64,000 bases of DNA from Chitinophagales bacterium (lineage in GTDB: Bacteria > Bacteroidota > Bacteroidia > Chitinophagales > Chitinophagaceae), in contig JACJXQ010000009.1 of the NCBI GenBank assembly GCA_020636495.1, forward strand, positions 53,823 through 117,822, in the 5' to 3' direction. A program made the position numbers and the translations under genes. The notes beneath the pieces were generated by a model. That model worked only from the letters and a program-made list of their open reading frames with translations, made no database searches and was not told where the DNA came from. The first letter of the stretch is position 1. Every line of letters begins with the position of its first letter. Of the stretch, positions 46,541-54,969 are shown one piece after another.

Positions 46541-46701
46541 CTTACTCTAACTAAGTGCTTTATAAGTTACTTTACATCATAACCTATAAACGACCTGTAA
46601 ACCCACTTTTAAACCCTGTCGCAACAATTAGCTGGTCTTCAGATCAGCCCCTGTAAACTGAGGTAACTGTGTATATGGTTACCTTTTTTTATTTTAGGGC
46701 T

Positions 46702-47130
46702 ATGAGAAATATAATCATACTTTTCACGATAATCATTCTATTCCAGGCATGTAGTAATAACATCGGAAATGATGTAGCAGAGATCACTAAAGTGATGAAC
46801 GAACAGGTAGCAGCCTGGAATAACGGCGATATAACAACTTATATGCAGGGATACTGGAACAATGACAGTCTGCAATTTATAGGTAGTAAAGGGCCTAAAT
46901 ACGGCTACCAAACAACCCTGGAAAATTACCAAAGATCATACCCTGATAAAGCTGCTATGGGAGAACTCCATTTCTCATCATTGCAATACAAACGATTATC
47001 AAATGAATATTACTATGTAACAGGCGCATGGAGCCTGACCAGGGAAAAAGACAACCCCCATGGCTACTTCACGTTGCTATTCAGGAAGGTTAATGACAAG
47101 TGGGTGATCATTGCAGACCACAGCTCATAA
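46702..47130 (+). CDS. SnoaL/DUF4440-like (NTF2 fold) lipoprotein
   Basis: Lipobox LFQAC, and the motif VAAWNNGDITTYMQGYWN...FRKVNDKWVIIADHSS. I chose the ATG at 46702. Confidence 0.75.
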   Translation: MRNIIILFTIIILFQACSNNIGNDVAEITKVMNEQVAAWNNGDITTYMQGYWNNDSLQFIGSKGPKYGYQTTLENYQRSYPDKAAMGELHFSSLQYKRLSNEYYYVTGAWSLTREKDNPHGYFTLLFRKVNDKWVIIADHSS

Positions 47131-47133
47131 AAA

Positions 47134-47162
47134 GGCGGTGGTACAAATAATGTACCACCGCC
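47134..47162. terminator. bidirectional rho-independent terminator
   Basis: 12-bp perfect stem GGCGGTGGTACA/TGTACCACCGCC with loop AATAA, between convergent genes. Confidence 0.8.
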
Positions 47163-47179
47163 ATATTCATTCATACAGT

Positions 47180-48106
47180 TTAGTTCAATACCGTAGCATC
47201 TTCAAAAACGAATTTTGCAAACAGTTCCTTTATTGCTTTGGACAGTTGTTTGTCGTTTAGCTTCTTGTCTTTCCAGTCAGCCTCTACGGCATACAGGTGC
47301 TGAAATAGCATTTCGTCATCTACCTTATCTTTCACCACCAATACAGCTTGTTTATCAATATAATGGTCCCACTCTTTTCTTACCACAACCCAAAACTCTT
47401 TACTTTCTTCCCAGTTTTTTAATGCAGCAGCGCATTTACTTTCTTCAATTTTATGGTAAGTATTCATACCCTTTTCCTGTACCAGCAATTTGTCGCCATT
47501 ATCAGTTCTGATGATCTTATCATTATCCTGTTCATGCAGCCAACCATCTGTTCCCGGTACGATGCGATTGGTACGTTTCATCAGGTTATAATCATCACGC
47601 GTTGTGTACTCTCGGCGGGGCAATGGCGCATATACAGTACTCTCCCAATAAGTTTTCCCGTCATTGTTTATCCATGAGCTATAGCCCTGGTAACGTGGCA
47701 TATCGTCTACCTGCCATACGGTTTGTGTCCATTTACCCACAACCTTTTCAGTTGGTTGTTTTTCTTTGATCCAGGTATTATTACCATTATACGTAAGCAG
47801 CATCGGATTTTCGTAGGTCCAGTCTTCGCGCCAGTGTTTGATAATATAATGTTCATTCACCAAAAGCATATGTTGCAACACAACTTTCTTTTCCGAAACT
47901 TCTATAGGAGTTATCAATTCCCGTGCATGCGAGGTTTCTCTTTTATGGAATTCATAATTACTATCCGGCGAAAATGTTTCGGCATACGTAAATGTTACAT
48001 CGTAACATCCGCATAATTTCTTTATTGTTTCAGCACCTTTTTCCTGTGCATTTACGGTTGTTGCTGCCAGCATTATCAACCCGTTTATGATGTATTTCCC
48101 TTTCAT
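47180..48106 (-). CDS. hypothetical secreted protein
   Basis: Signal peptide from the ATG at 48106 (MKGKYIINGLIMLAATTVNAQ). I recognise no family. Confidence 0.6.
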   Translation of the reverse strand: MKGKYIINGLIMLAATTVNAQEKGAETIKKLCGCYDVTFTYAETFSPDSNYEFHKRETSHARELITPIEVSEKKVVLQHMLLVNEHYIIKHWREDWTYENPMLLTYNGNNTWIKEKQPTEKVVGKWTQTVWQVDDMPRYQGYSSWINNDGKTYWESTVYAPLPRREYTTRDDYNLMKRTNRIVPGTDGWLHEQDNDKIIRTDNGDKLLVQEKGMNTYHKIEESKCAAALKNWEESKEFWVVVRKEWDHYIDKQAVLVVKDKVDDEMLFQHLYAVEADWKDKKLNDKQLSKAIKELFAKFVFEDATVLN

Positions 48107-48210
48107 GTGTATTACAATTTGATGACAAAGCAACAGTAAATAACAGTCAATGATTTTCAGATTCGGAAAATCAGTTTTCATTATCAGAAAAGAAACAAGC
48201 ACAATAAATA

Positions 48211-48238
48211 AAGGCTGCCTCCGTTCAGAAGCAGCCTT
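48211..48238 (-). terminator. putative rho-independent terminator after rho
   Basis: AAGGCTGC/GCAGCCTT stem. On the minus strand it is followed by TATTTATTGT. Confidence 0.6.
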
Positions 48239-48264
48239 TACTGACTATAACATGTCTTATATAA

Positions 48265-49971
48265 TTACCGTCCCATCTGCATCAGGAACTCCTCGTTATT
48301 CTTCGTTCCTTTTATCTGTCCCATCAAGAAGTTCATTGCCTCATCTGTATGCATATCGGCAATATGATTGCGGATGATCCACATTTTGTTCATCACTTCT
48401 TTACCCAACAGCAGATCGTCGCGGCGTGTAGATGAAGACGTGATATTGATAGCAGGGTAAATACGCTTGTTGGCCAGTTTACGGTCAAGCTGCAGTTCCA
48501 TATTACCAGTACCTTTGAACTCTTCAAATATCACCTCATCCATTTTACTACCAGTATCTATCAGCGCGGTAGCCAGTATGGTCAGCGAACCTCCATTCTC
48601 TATTTTACGTGCAGCACCAAAGAACTGCTTAGGCTTCTGCATTGCGTTTGCTTCTACACCACCACTTAATACCTTACCGGATGCCGGCGCTACGGTATTG
48701 TGCGCACGTGCCAGGCGTGTGATCGAGTCAAGCAATATCACCACGTCGTGACCCACCTCTACCAGGCGTTTGGCTTTTTGCAGTGCTATAGTAGACACTT
48801 TTACGTGTTTATCAGCAGGCTCATCGAAAGTAGAGGCAATAACCTCTGCATTTACACTTCGCATCATATCCGTTACCTCTTCAGGACGCTCATCTACCAG
48901 TACGATCATCAGGTAACACTCAGGATGGTTAGCTGCAATTGCATTCGCTACTTCCTTCAACAGCATGGTCTTACCTGTCTTCGGCTGCGCTACTATCAGT
49001 CCGCGTTGACCTTTACCTATCGGTGTAAACAAGTCCATGATACGTGTACCAAGATTACCGGCTGTTGTATACAGGTTCAGTTTCTCGTAAGGGAATAAAG
49101 GCGTCAGGTAATCAAAAGGAACGCGGTCACGGATCTCGTCAGGAAGTTTGCCATTGATGGTCTCTACCTTCAGCAGTGCGAAATATTTTTCTCCTTCTTT
49201 CGGCGGACGAACAGTACCTTTTACGGTATCACCTGTTTTCAGACCGAACAGTTTTATCTGCGACGGAGATACATAAATATCATCCGGTGAACTTAAATAG
49301 TTATAATCGCTGCTACGCAGGAAACCATATCCGTCCTGCATCATTTCCAATACACCTTCGCTGGTTACGGCTGCATCAAACTCTACATTGAAATTATTAT
49401 TACGTTGGGGCTTTCTCTCACTCGGGAATCTTACCTGGTGTTTTCTTCTGTCGCCCCTGTGATCATTGTTTTCATTATTGTCTGCCTGCTCGTCATCATC
49501 CGTGCTTTCCGGCTGAGCCTTTTGTTCTTCACCTTCTGCATCATCATCTGATGTAGGCATTATGATACCAGACTCATCGTCTTCCTCCTCATCTTCAATA
49601 TCTGCAGGTTCTTTCTTTTCAACCGGCCTCTCTTTGCGAGCAGCATCTTTTTTAGGTTTGCGGTTACGTTCTTTTTTATCTGAATCTTCTTTTGCTGCCG
49701 GAGCATCTTCAACAGTCTCTTTTTTTGCAGCAACTTCTTTTTCTGCGGGAGCTTCTTTTTTCGGAGCCGCTTCCTTTTTAGTTCTGCGGGTACGCGTTTT
49801 TTTCTCATCTGCAGCAGTATCTCCACTTTCGTTCAGTGCCTGCTGATCCAGTATCTTATAAATTAGCTTTTGTTTGTCTAAAGATTTAGTGTCTTTGATC
49901 TTCAGCTCATTAGCAATGTCTACCAGCTCGGGAACGAGCATATCGTTAAGTTGTAAAATATCGTATGGCAT
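48265..49971 (-). CDS. rho: transcription termination factor Rho with a long disordered N-terminal insertion
   Basis: Rho_N helix bundle ([18 protein letters not shown]), a K/E/D/A-rich low-complexity insert of about 150 aa, a CSD-like RNA-binding domain, Walker A (AQPKTGKT), and the C-terminal ATPase. Confidence 0.95.
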   Translation of the reverse strand: MPYDILQLNDMLVPELVDIANELKIKDTKSLDKQKLIYKILDQQALNESGDTAADEKKTRTRRTKKEAAPKKEAPAEKEVAAKKETVEDAPAAKEDSDKKERNRKPKKDAARKERPVEKKEPADIEDEEEDDESGIIMPTSDDDAEGEEQKAQPESTDDDEQADNNENNDHRGDRRKHQVRFPSERKPQRNNNFNVEFDAAVTSEGVLEMMQDGYGFLRSSDYNYLSSPDDIYVSPSQIKLFGLKTGDTVKGTVRPPKEGEKYFALLKVETINGKLPDEIRDRVPFDYLTPLFPYEKLNLYTTAGNLGTRIMDLFTPIGKGQRGLIVAQPKTGKTMLLKEVANAIAANHPECYLMIVLVDERPEEVTDMMRSVNAEVIASTFDEPADKHVKVSTIALQKAKRLVEVGHDVVILLDSITRLARAHNTVAPASGKVLSGGVEANAMQKPKQFFGAARKIENGGSLTILATALIDTGSKMDEVIFEEFKGTGNMELQLDRKLANKRIYPAINITSSSTRRDDLLLGKEVMNKMWIIRNHIADMHTDEAMNFLMGQIKGTKNNEEFLMQMGR

Positions 49972-50179
49972 ACGAGCGAGTTATTTTTCTCTACAAGAAT
50001 TTTTAGTTTGTACTGTTTTGCCTGACCTTATTTATCTGCTTCGAACAAGGCTTTCATGTTCGTAGATCAAATAGTAAGAAATGGGAAATACTCAGTAAAC
50101 TGATTAGTTAATATTAGGAATAAGGATATTCCTCTGTTGCAAGATTACAAATGTTTTGCATTATAATCCAAATATTTTT

Positions 50180-51184
50180 TTAAGATTTTAGATTTTCTTC
50201 ACTTAAAAAGGCTTTTGCTATCCTTTTTACCGTCTCTTCAAAGGGTGTATACGCGAAACCAGGAAAGGCTTTCAGCAATTTTGCATTACTGTACAGGGCC
50301 TTTCTTTGAGCTGTTCTCGCAGTTTCGCGAGTTATGGTCGCGGCGCTGCCCGTTAGCATACTTTTCAATACACTTACCCGCCAGACGATACCACTCAGAA
50401 AACTACCCGCCAACTTATGCGGCGGCTTCTTATTCATGGCATGCGCCATCATAGTAAACACATCTTTGTAAGAAAAGTTGCCCGCACTCAAAATAAACCT
50501 TTCTCCTTCTACTTCACTTTTCATCAGCATGTACATGGCGCTAACCACATCTACTACATCAACCCAGGCATTAATACCTCCCGTATAGTAGGGGAACTCT
50601 TTGTACACGATCTTTACCAGGTTGGTGGAACCGGTATCCCAATCGCCCTCACCTATGATTATGCCGGGATTAACAACTACCGCTTCCAGCCCCTCGCCCT
50701 GGCCGCGCCATACTTCCTGCTCGGCAAGGTGTTTGCTTTCAGCATATACCGAGTTGTATTTACTCTCCTCCCATTGCTCCTCTTCAGTAATCTCCGCCCC
50801 TTCTTTACTCCTACCCAGCGCAGCTATTGAGCTGACATACACCATTTTACGTACACCGCGCTCCAGGGCTTCATTCACCACATTGGCAGTACTTTCCGTG
50901 TTGAAATGTAAGAGCTGCTGTTTATCCTCTTTTTTGAATGAGACAACGGCAGCGCAGTGGTACACTTCAGTTACATCCTGCATTACTTCTTCTACATCAT
51001 ACACATCCAGCAGGTCACATTTAATCCAGCTTACACCGGGGAGGTTCTGCATGTCCTCTTTGGGGGGACGACTGTTGTAGAGTGCCTTTACTGTTTCGCC
51101 CCTGGCTGACAGGAGTTTTACCAGGTGATTACCAACAAATCCGCTGGCACCGGTAACTAAAACGATATTTGGGACAGAAGTCAA
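50180..51184 (-). CDS. NAD-dependent epimerase/dehydratase family (SDR) protein
   Basis: VLVTGASGFVGNHLV Rossmann motif and a YAESK catalytic motif. Confidence 0.85.
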   Translation of the reverse strand: MTSVPNIVLVTGASGFVGNHLVKLLSARGETVKALYNSRPPKEDMQNLPGVSWIKCDLLDVYDVEEVMQDVTEVYHCAAVVSFKKEDKQQLLHFNTESTANVVNEALERGVRKMVYVSSIAALGRSKEGAEITEEEQWEESKYNSVYAESKHLAEQEVWRGQGEGLEAVVVNPGIIIGEGDWDTGSTNLVKIVYKEFPYYTGGINAWVDVVDVVSAMYMLMKSEVEGERFILSAGNFSYKDVFTMMAHAMNKKPPHKLAGSFLSGIVWRVSVLKSMLTGSAATITRETARTAQRKALYSNAKLLKAFPGFAYTPFEETVKRIAKAFLSEENLKS

Positions 51185-51255
51185 AATTCAAAAGTAAAAA
51201 GTAAAAAGTCGGTTTTCATGTATTCTTTGAGTTTTGCCTTTTGAACTTTGCATTT

Positions 51256-52281
51256 TTATAGCGACTGAAACTGTTTAAGAAACCGGACATCATTCTGCGA
51301 ATATAACCTCAGGTCGTTTACCTGGTATTTGATCTGCGTGATACGCTCTACCCCCATACCGAAGGCAAAACCCGTGTACACTTCAGGATCGATACCGAAA
51401 TTGCGGAGCATATTAGGGTGTACCATACCACAGCCCAGTATCTCTACCCAGCCAGTATGCTTACAGAGGCTGCAACCGCTACCGCCGCAAACGGTACATG
51501 AGATATCCATCTCTGCACTCGGCTCTGTGAATGGGAAATAGGATGGGCGGAAACGCACTTTAGTACCCTCGCCAAACATCTCTGTTACGAAATAGTACAG
51601 TGTCTGCTTCAGGTCGGCAAAAGAAACATTCTTATCTACATACAATCCTTCGCACTGGTGGAAAAAGCAGTGCGCGCGGGCAGAAATGGTTTCGTTACGG
51701 TAAACACGGCCCGGGCAGATGATGCGAACAGGCAGTTCATTTTGCTCCAGTACCCTTGCCTGTACGGATGATGTATGCGTTCGCAGCACCCAATCAGGAT
51801 TCTGCGATACGTAGAATGTATCCTGCATATCGCGGGCCGTATGGTTTTCCGGCATATTCAGCGATGTGAAATTGTGCCAGTCGTCCTCTATCTCAGGGCC
51901 GGTAGCCACACTAAAGCCTATCTTCTCGAATATAGAAACTACCTGGTTCTCTACCATCCTTAAAGGGTGGCGGGTACCAGCCGGCAACGGCGTACCGGGC
52001 AGGGTTATATCCCGGCCCTCGTTCTTATTACTGCCCGCGCCTTGCAGGTGCTTGTATTCCTCGTATTTAGCCTCAGCCATTTGCTTGAAGCTGTTCAACA
52101 TCTGGCCGGCATCTTTTTTCTGCTCTTTGGGCACATTCTTCATCTCCCCGAATATATCCTTGACGATACCCTTGGTACCGAGGAATTTTATCCGGTAAGC
52201 CTCCAGTTCAGCCGCGTTTTGGGGCTGCGTAGCTGCTATTTCTGCTTCAAATGCCTGTATTTTCTCCTGTAACGACTGCAT
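51256..52281 (-). CDS. pheS: phenylalanine--tRNA ligase alpha subunit
   Basis: Class II aaRS motifs (RTHTSSVQ, GRVYRNE, FGMGVERI). I prefer the ATG at 52281 (MQSLQEK) over the ORF-track TTG at 52290. Confidence 0.93.
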   Translation of the reverse strand: MQSLQEKIQAFEAEIAATQPQNAAELEAYRIKFLGTKGIVKDIFGEMKNVPKEQKKDAGQMLNSFKQMAEAKYEEYKHLQGAGSNKNEGRDITLPGTPLPAGTRHPLRMVENQVVSIFEKIGFSVATGPEIEDDWHNFTSLNMPENHTARDMQDTFYVSQNPDWVLRTHTSSVQARVLEQNELPVRIICPGRVYRNETISARAHCFFHQCEGLYVDKNVSFADLKQTLYYFVTEMFGEGTKVRFRPSYFPFTEPSAEMDISCTVCGGSGCSLCKHTGWVEILGCGMVHPNMLRNFGIDPEVYTGFAFGMGVERITQIKYQVNDLRLYSQNDVRFLKQFQSL

Positions 52282-52381
52282 AGGGGGCAAAGATAATGGT
52301 TTGGAAATAGGATTTCAGATAGTTGATATTGGATTTTAGATAATTGAAGGTTATTGATGATGTGTTACGTTTTGTTGTGTT

Positions 52382-52559
52382 ATTTGCGAGTGTTCCACCC
52401 CCGCCGGCGGGGGACATATTTGTAGTGCCAAAGAGTGATTTGTTCCGTTTTCGCGAGTCAACCACCCCGATCGGCAAATTGGTGCCGTAGGCACTTTTGC
52501 CGATATCCTCCCGCCAAGGCGGGACAAGCTCTCCTAGTAACAGGAGGGGAATCTGTGCA
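52382..52559. repeat. GC-rich hairpin-dense module bounded by 12-bp direct repeats
   Basis: TTTTGTTGTGTT at 52370-81 and 52560-71 flank four GC-rich hairpins: the CCCCCGCCGGCGGGGG palindrome at 52398-413, ATCGGCAAA...TTTGCCGAT at 52470-504, CCCGCCAAGGCGGG at 52510-23, and CTCCTAGTAACAGGAG at 52531-46. Confidence 0.4.
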
Positions 52560-52666
52560 TTTTGTTGTGTTTTGTTAAGTAAAATAAGCAACCGACAATC
52601 AAAAAACGGGCATTTACTATACTTAAAACAATGGTTTTCATCCAATTGTGGCAAATTGTTAAGTAT

Positions 52667-52819
52667 TGTTAAGTGAATGATGATTTTTGGCCTTAACGAG
52701 TTCGCAAGCTCAGTTGTTAAGTGAATGATGATTTTTGGCCTTAACGAGTTCGCAAGCTCAGTTGTTAAGTGAATGATGATTTTTGGCCTTAACGAGTTCG
52801 CAAGCTCAGTTGTTAAGTA
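52667..52819. repeat. 48-bp tandem repeat, three full copies plus a partial fourth
   Basis: The unit TGTTAAGTGAATGATGATTTTTGGCCTTAACGAGTTCGCAAGCTCAGT starts at 52667, 52715 and 52763, with a partial copy at 52811. The copies look identical by eye. The array is flanked by the 12-bp inverted repeat ATTGTTAAGTAT (52655-66) / ATACTTAACAAT (52836-47). Confidence 0.9.
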
Positions 52820-53018
52820 ACAGCGGAAGGTCTCGATACTTAACAATCCGGCAGAACGGGGGCTGATATCCGGGGCTGTATGGTGCGGGGATAAAGGTGT
52901 CATGGCATAAGCAATTTTCAATAACAAATATACGCATTTATTGTCAATAATTCAATTTTAATGATACGCGTTGCGAGTCGTTATACATTCGTATATTCGT
53001 AATAGAAAAACGGGGACG

Positions 53019-53606
53019 ATGAAAACGATACTTACCATATTACTCTTTATACTACTGGTACCACTGTCTCACGCGCAGGATATAATGACCCTGAATAACC
53101 AACGCATCAACACCAATAAAACAGGGCTGCTGGTACTCACGGGCTGGGGTGCGGCTAATGTGGTTGCGGGTGCAACAGGATATTTTGTTAACGACAACAT
53201 AGAGCGCAAGTATTTCCACGGTATGAATGTGATATGGGGCGCAACGAATGGCCTGATAGGTTATATGGGCTACCGCGGCGCATTGAAAGAAAGCAGTATG
53301 AACTTTGATGCTGAAAACGCGGAAAAAAGATACCGGTCGAACAAAAGGTTGTACCTGGTAAATGCAGGGCTGGATGTATTGTATATAGGTACGGGGGCAT
53401 TTATCAAATACGGCATTGTTACGCACGAATCCCGCCCCAGTTATCTTGTGGGTATCAGCGAGTCGTTCATTATTCAGGGCATTGCCCTGTTGGTATTCGA
53501 CTGCACCATGTTCGGGCTGCACCAATCACAGAACAAAAAATGGGCGAAATTAGTCAGCGGTATCAGCTTTACCGGCAATGGTGTTGGTTATGTGTACAGG
53601 TTTTGA
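53019..53606 (+). CDS. hypothetical membrane protein
   Basis: Signal/TM from the ATG at 53019 (MKTILTILLFILLVPLSHAQ) and several further hydrophobic segments. Confidence 0.6.
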   Translation: MKTILTILLFILLVPLSHAQDIMTLNNQRINTNKTGLLVLTGWGAANVVAGATGYFVNDNIERKYFHGMNVIWGATNGLIGYMGYRGALKESSMNFDAENAEKRYRSNKRLYLVNAGLDVLYIGTGAFIKYGIVTHESRPSYLVGISESFIIQGIALLVFDCTMFGLHQSQNKKWAKLVSGISFTGNGVGYVYRF

Positions 53607-53613
53607 TATTTGC

Positions 53614-53664
53614 GTTGCAAACGCTGTGCCTTTGGGTCCTAGTTACAAACGAGGACCAGTGAAG
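53614..53664 (+). repeat. ~51-bp hairpin repeat, copy A
   Basis: GTTGCAAACGCTGTGCCTTTGGGTCCTAGTTACAAACGAGGACCAGTGAAG. It aligns with copies at 54574 and 54911. Confidence 0.8.
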
Positions 53665-53685
53665 TTATCTTGTTATTAACAGGGG

Positions 53686-54318
53686 TTACTCTCCCGTAGC
53701 TAATTCGAAAAAAGATGACAACTTATCTTTTATTCTTTTAGCTTCGTCTTTTTTAACCTGCTTTTGTGGTATTATTATTTTAATAAATGCCCCTTCTCTC
53801 TTTTCATATGGTTGCGTTGGCTGTCCCATATAATAGTTACAAACATAATAAATAGCCTTTACCTTATAGCATGATATAATATACCCTGACTTACTGAAAG
53901 AATATTTCATTTTCAAAATTCTCATACCCCTTAGAAAACTATCGATCACGCCAGTAAAATATTGCTCCTCTTTAGCCTCTGACTGCTCTTCTTTCGTTAA
54001 TTCATGTGCCTTAGTGACATCATGATATTTCATACAAGAATATGTAGCCGACATATGCTGAAAATTCGCTAAAAAATGCCCACCAATTTGTGTTAATCTT
54101 AAGAGTAAGTATGGCGGATTTGAATAATCAAACCCTGAATCAATCAAAGAGCCGAAACTATCTACTGGAACAATTGCATGTGCTGTAGAATAGTATTCTG
54201 GATGATCTTTATTATAGTGTTCAATTTTAAACAAGTAACATGAAGTCAAGTCATGGCTTTGAGAAAATGTGAACACTGGACACAATAACATTAACAATAC
54301 TTGAACACGAAAATTCAT
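53686..54318 (-). CDS. hypothetical secreted protein in a visibly AT-rich segment
   Basis: Signal peptide MNFRVQVLLMLLCPVFTFSQ, Lys/Tyr/Ile-rich composition. I recognise no family. Confidence 0.6.
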   Translation of the reverse strand: MNFRVQVLLMLLCPVFTFSQSHDLTSCYLFKIEHYNKDHPEYYSTAHAIVPVDSFGSLIDSGFDYSNPPYLLLRLTQIGGHFLANFQHMSATYSCMKYHDVTKAHELTKEEQSEAKEEQYFTGVIDSFLRGMRILKMKYSFSKSGYIISCYKVKAIYYVCNYYMGQPTQPYEKREGAFIKIIIPQKQVKKDEAKRIKDKLSSFFELATGE

Positions 54319-54451
54319 ATGTTATTTTATTACCTGTAGTTGAGTTTCTGGTAAATTGATAAACAAATATAATCGCTCAAATGAATTGTGGAACCTGGTA
54401 AAAAGAATTTTGAATTATTATTTTATTCAATTCGTCGTTATTGTATTTTTA

Positions 54452-54472
54452 TTTTTTTTTTTGGGGGGGGGG
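54452..54472. repeat. adjacent homopolymer tracts T11 and G10
   Basis: Counted directly: T x11 at 54452-62 and G x10 at 54463-72. The tract lies 134-154 nt upstream of the minus-strand start codon at 54318. Confidence 0.9.
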
Positions 54473-54573
54473 TGATGTAAGCCTGTTTTTCTATGTCAAA
54501 AAAAGCTTAAATATAGCTTAACACTCGTTTTTTAGCAGCATGATTTATTGTTGGTGATACTTCACAGGACTAT

Positions 54574-54611
54574 GCCTTTGGATCCTCGATGCGAACGAGG
54601 ACCAGTAAAGG
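54574..54611 (+). repeat. hairpin repeat, copy B (5'-truncated)
   Basis: GCCTTTGGATCCTCGATGCGAACGAGGACCAGTAAAGG. Confidence 0.75.
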
Positions 54612-54777
54612 TACAATCCTCACGTGTTACTAATATGAATCACTATTAAGCCAATCAATATTAATCAATCATTTACAGCTCTATTTAGCTGCCGTTCATT
54701 TCTTTTATTTCGCGCATCATGTCGTTTCAATTACCTCAATGAGTCGCATTGCTTGTTGCCCCTCCAAAAGAAACGAA

Positions 54778-54820
54778 CCAAAGAAAAAGAGGCCGAAACC
54801 ATAAGCTCCAATGGTTTCGG
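54778..54820 (-). terminator. rho-independent terminator on the minus strand
   Basis: 10-bp stem CCGAAACCAT/ATGGTTTCGG (54793-54820). On the minus strand it is followed by CCTCTTTTTCTTT. Confidence 0.7.
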
Positions 54821-54910
54821 AAGTTGCCTTGATGAGACGACATTACTACTGCACTGCCAAGCCTGAGGATTGCTACATTTTATTGCGGTAATAAATGTGT
54901 AGTATTATCG

Positions 54911-54963
54911 GTTGCAAACGCTGTACAGTTGGGTCCTCGTTGCAAACGAGGACCAGTAAAGAG
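54911..54963 (+). repeat. ~51-bp hairpin repeat, copy C
   Basis: GTTGCAAACGCTGTACAGTTGGGTCCTCGTTGCAAACGAGGACCAGTAAAGAGG. It contains a stem GGTCCTCGT/ACGAGGACC of 9 perfect pairs (a terminal U-A would give 10) capped by a GNRA-type GCAA loop. Confidence 0.8.
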
Positions 54964-54969
54964 GTGCTA

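Noticed and set aside
46677-46704. A fourth copy of the ECF promoter motif. GGTTACCTTTTTTT matches the 14779 copy exactly over 14 nt and lies just upstream of the DUF4440-like lipoprotein gene.
   Set aside because: I rejected it as a functional promoter of the same type. There is no TAT(T/A)AA box at the 16-nt spacing; the sequence there is GCTATG. A start site at the expected distance would also fall after the unambiguous ATG and signal peptide at 46702. The exact 14-mer match is unlikely by chance, so it is still worth including in any genome-wide motif scan.
52291-52560. A pheS attenuator with a Phe-rich leader peptide, or a T-box leader.
   Set aside because: No short ORF with consecutive Phe codons is present on the minus strand. 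I could not find T-box features such as a specifier loop or the conserved T-box sequence. The GC hairpins are not followed by U tracts.
52667-52819. A CRISPR array.
   Set aside because: The 48-bp units are directly contiguous with no unique spacers, there are only three or so copies, and no cas genes are in the window.
52247-52927. The 226-aa minus-strand ORF covering the pheS upstream region.
   Set aside because: It only translates the 48-bp tandem repeat (TTELANSLRPKIIIHL x3) and the GC-rich hairpins, and it overlaps the pheS start. It has no protein-like features.
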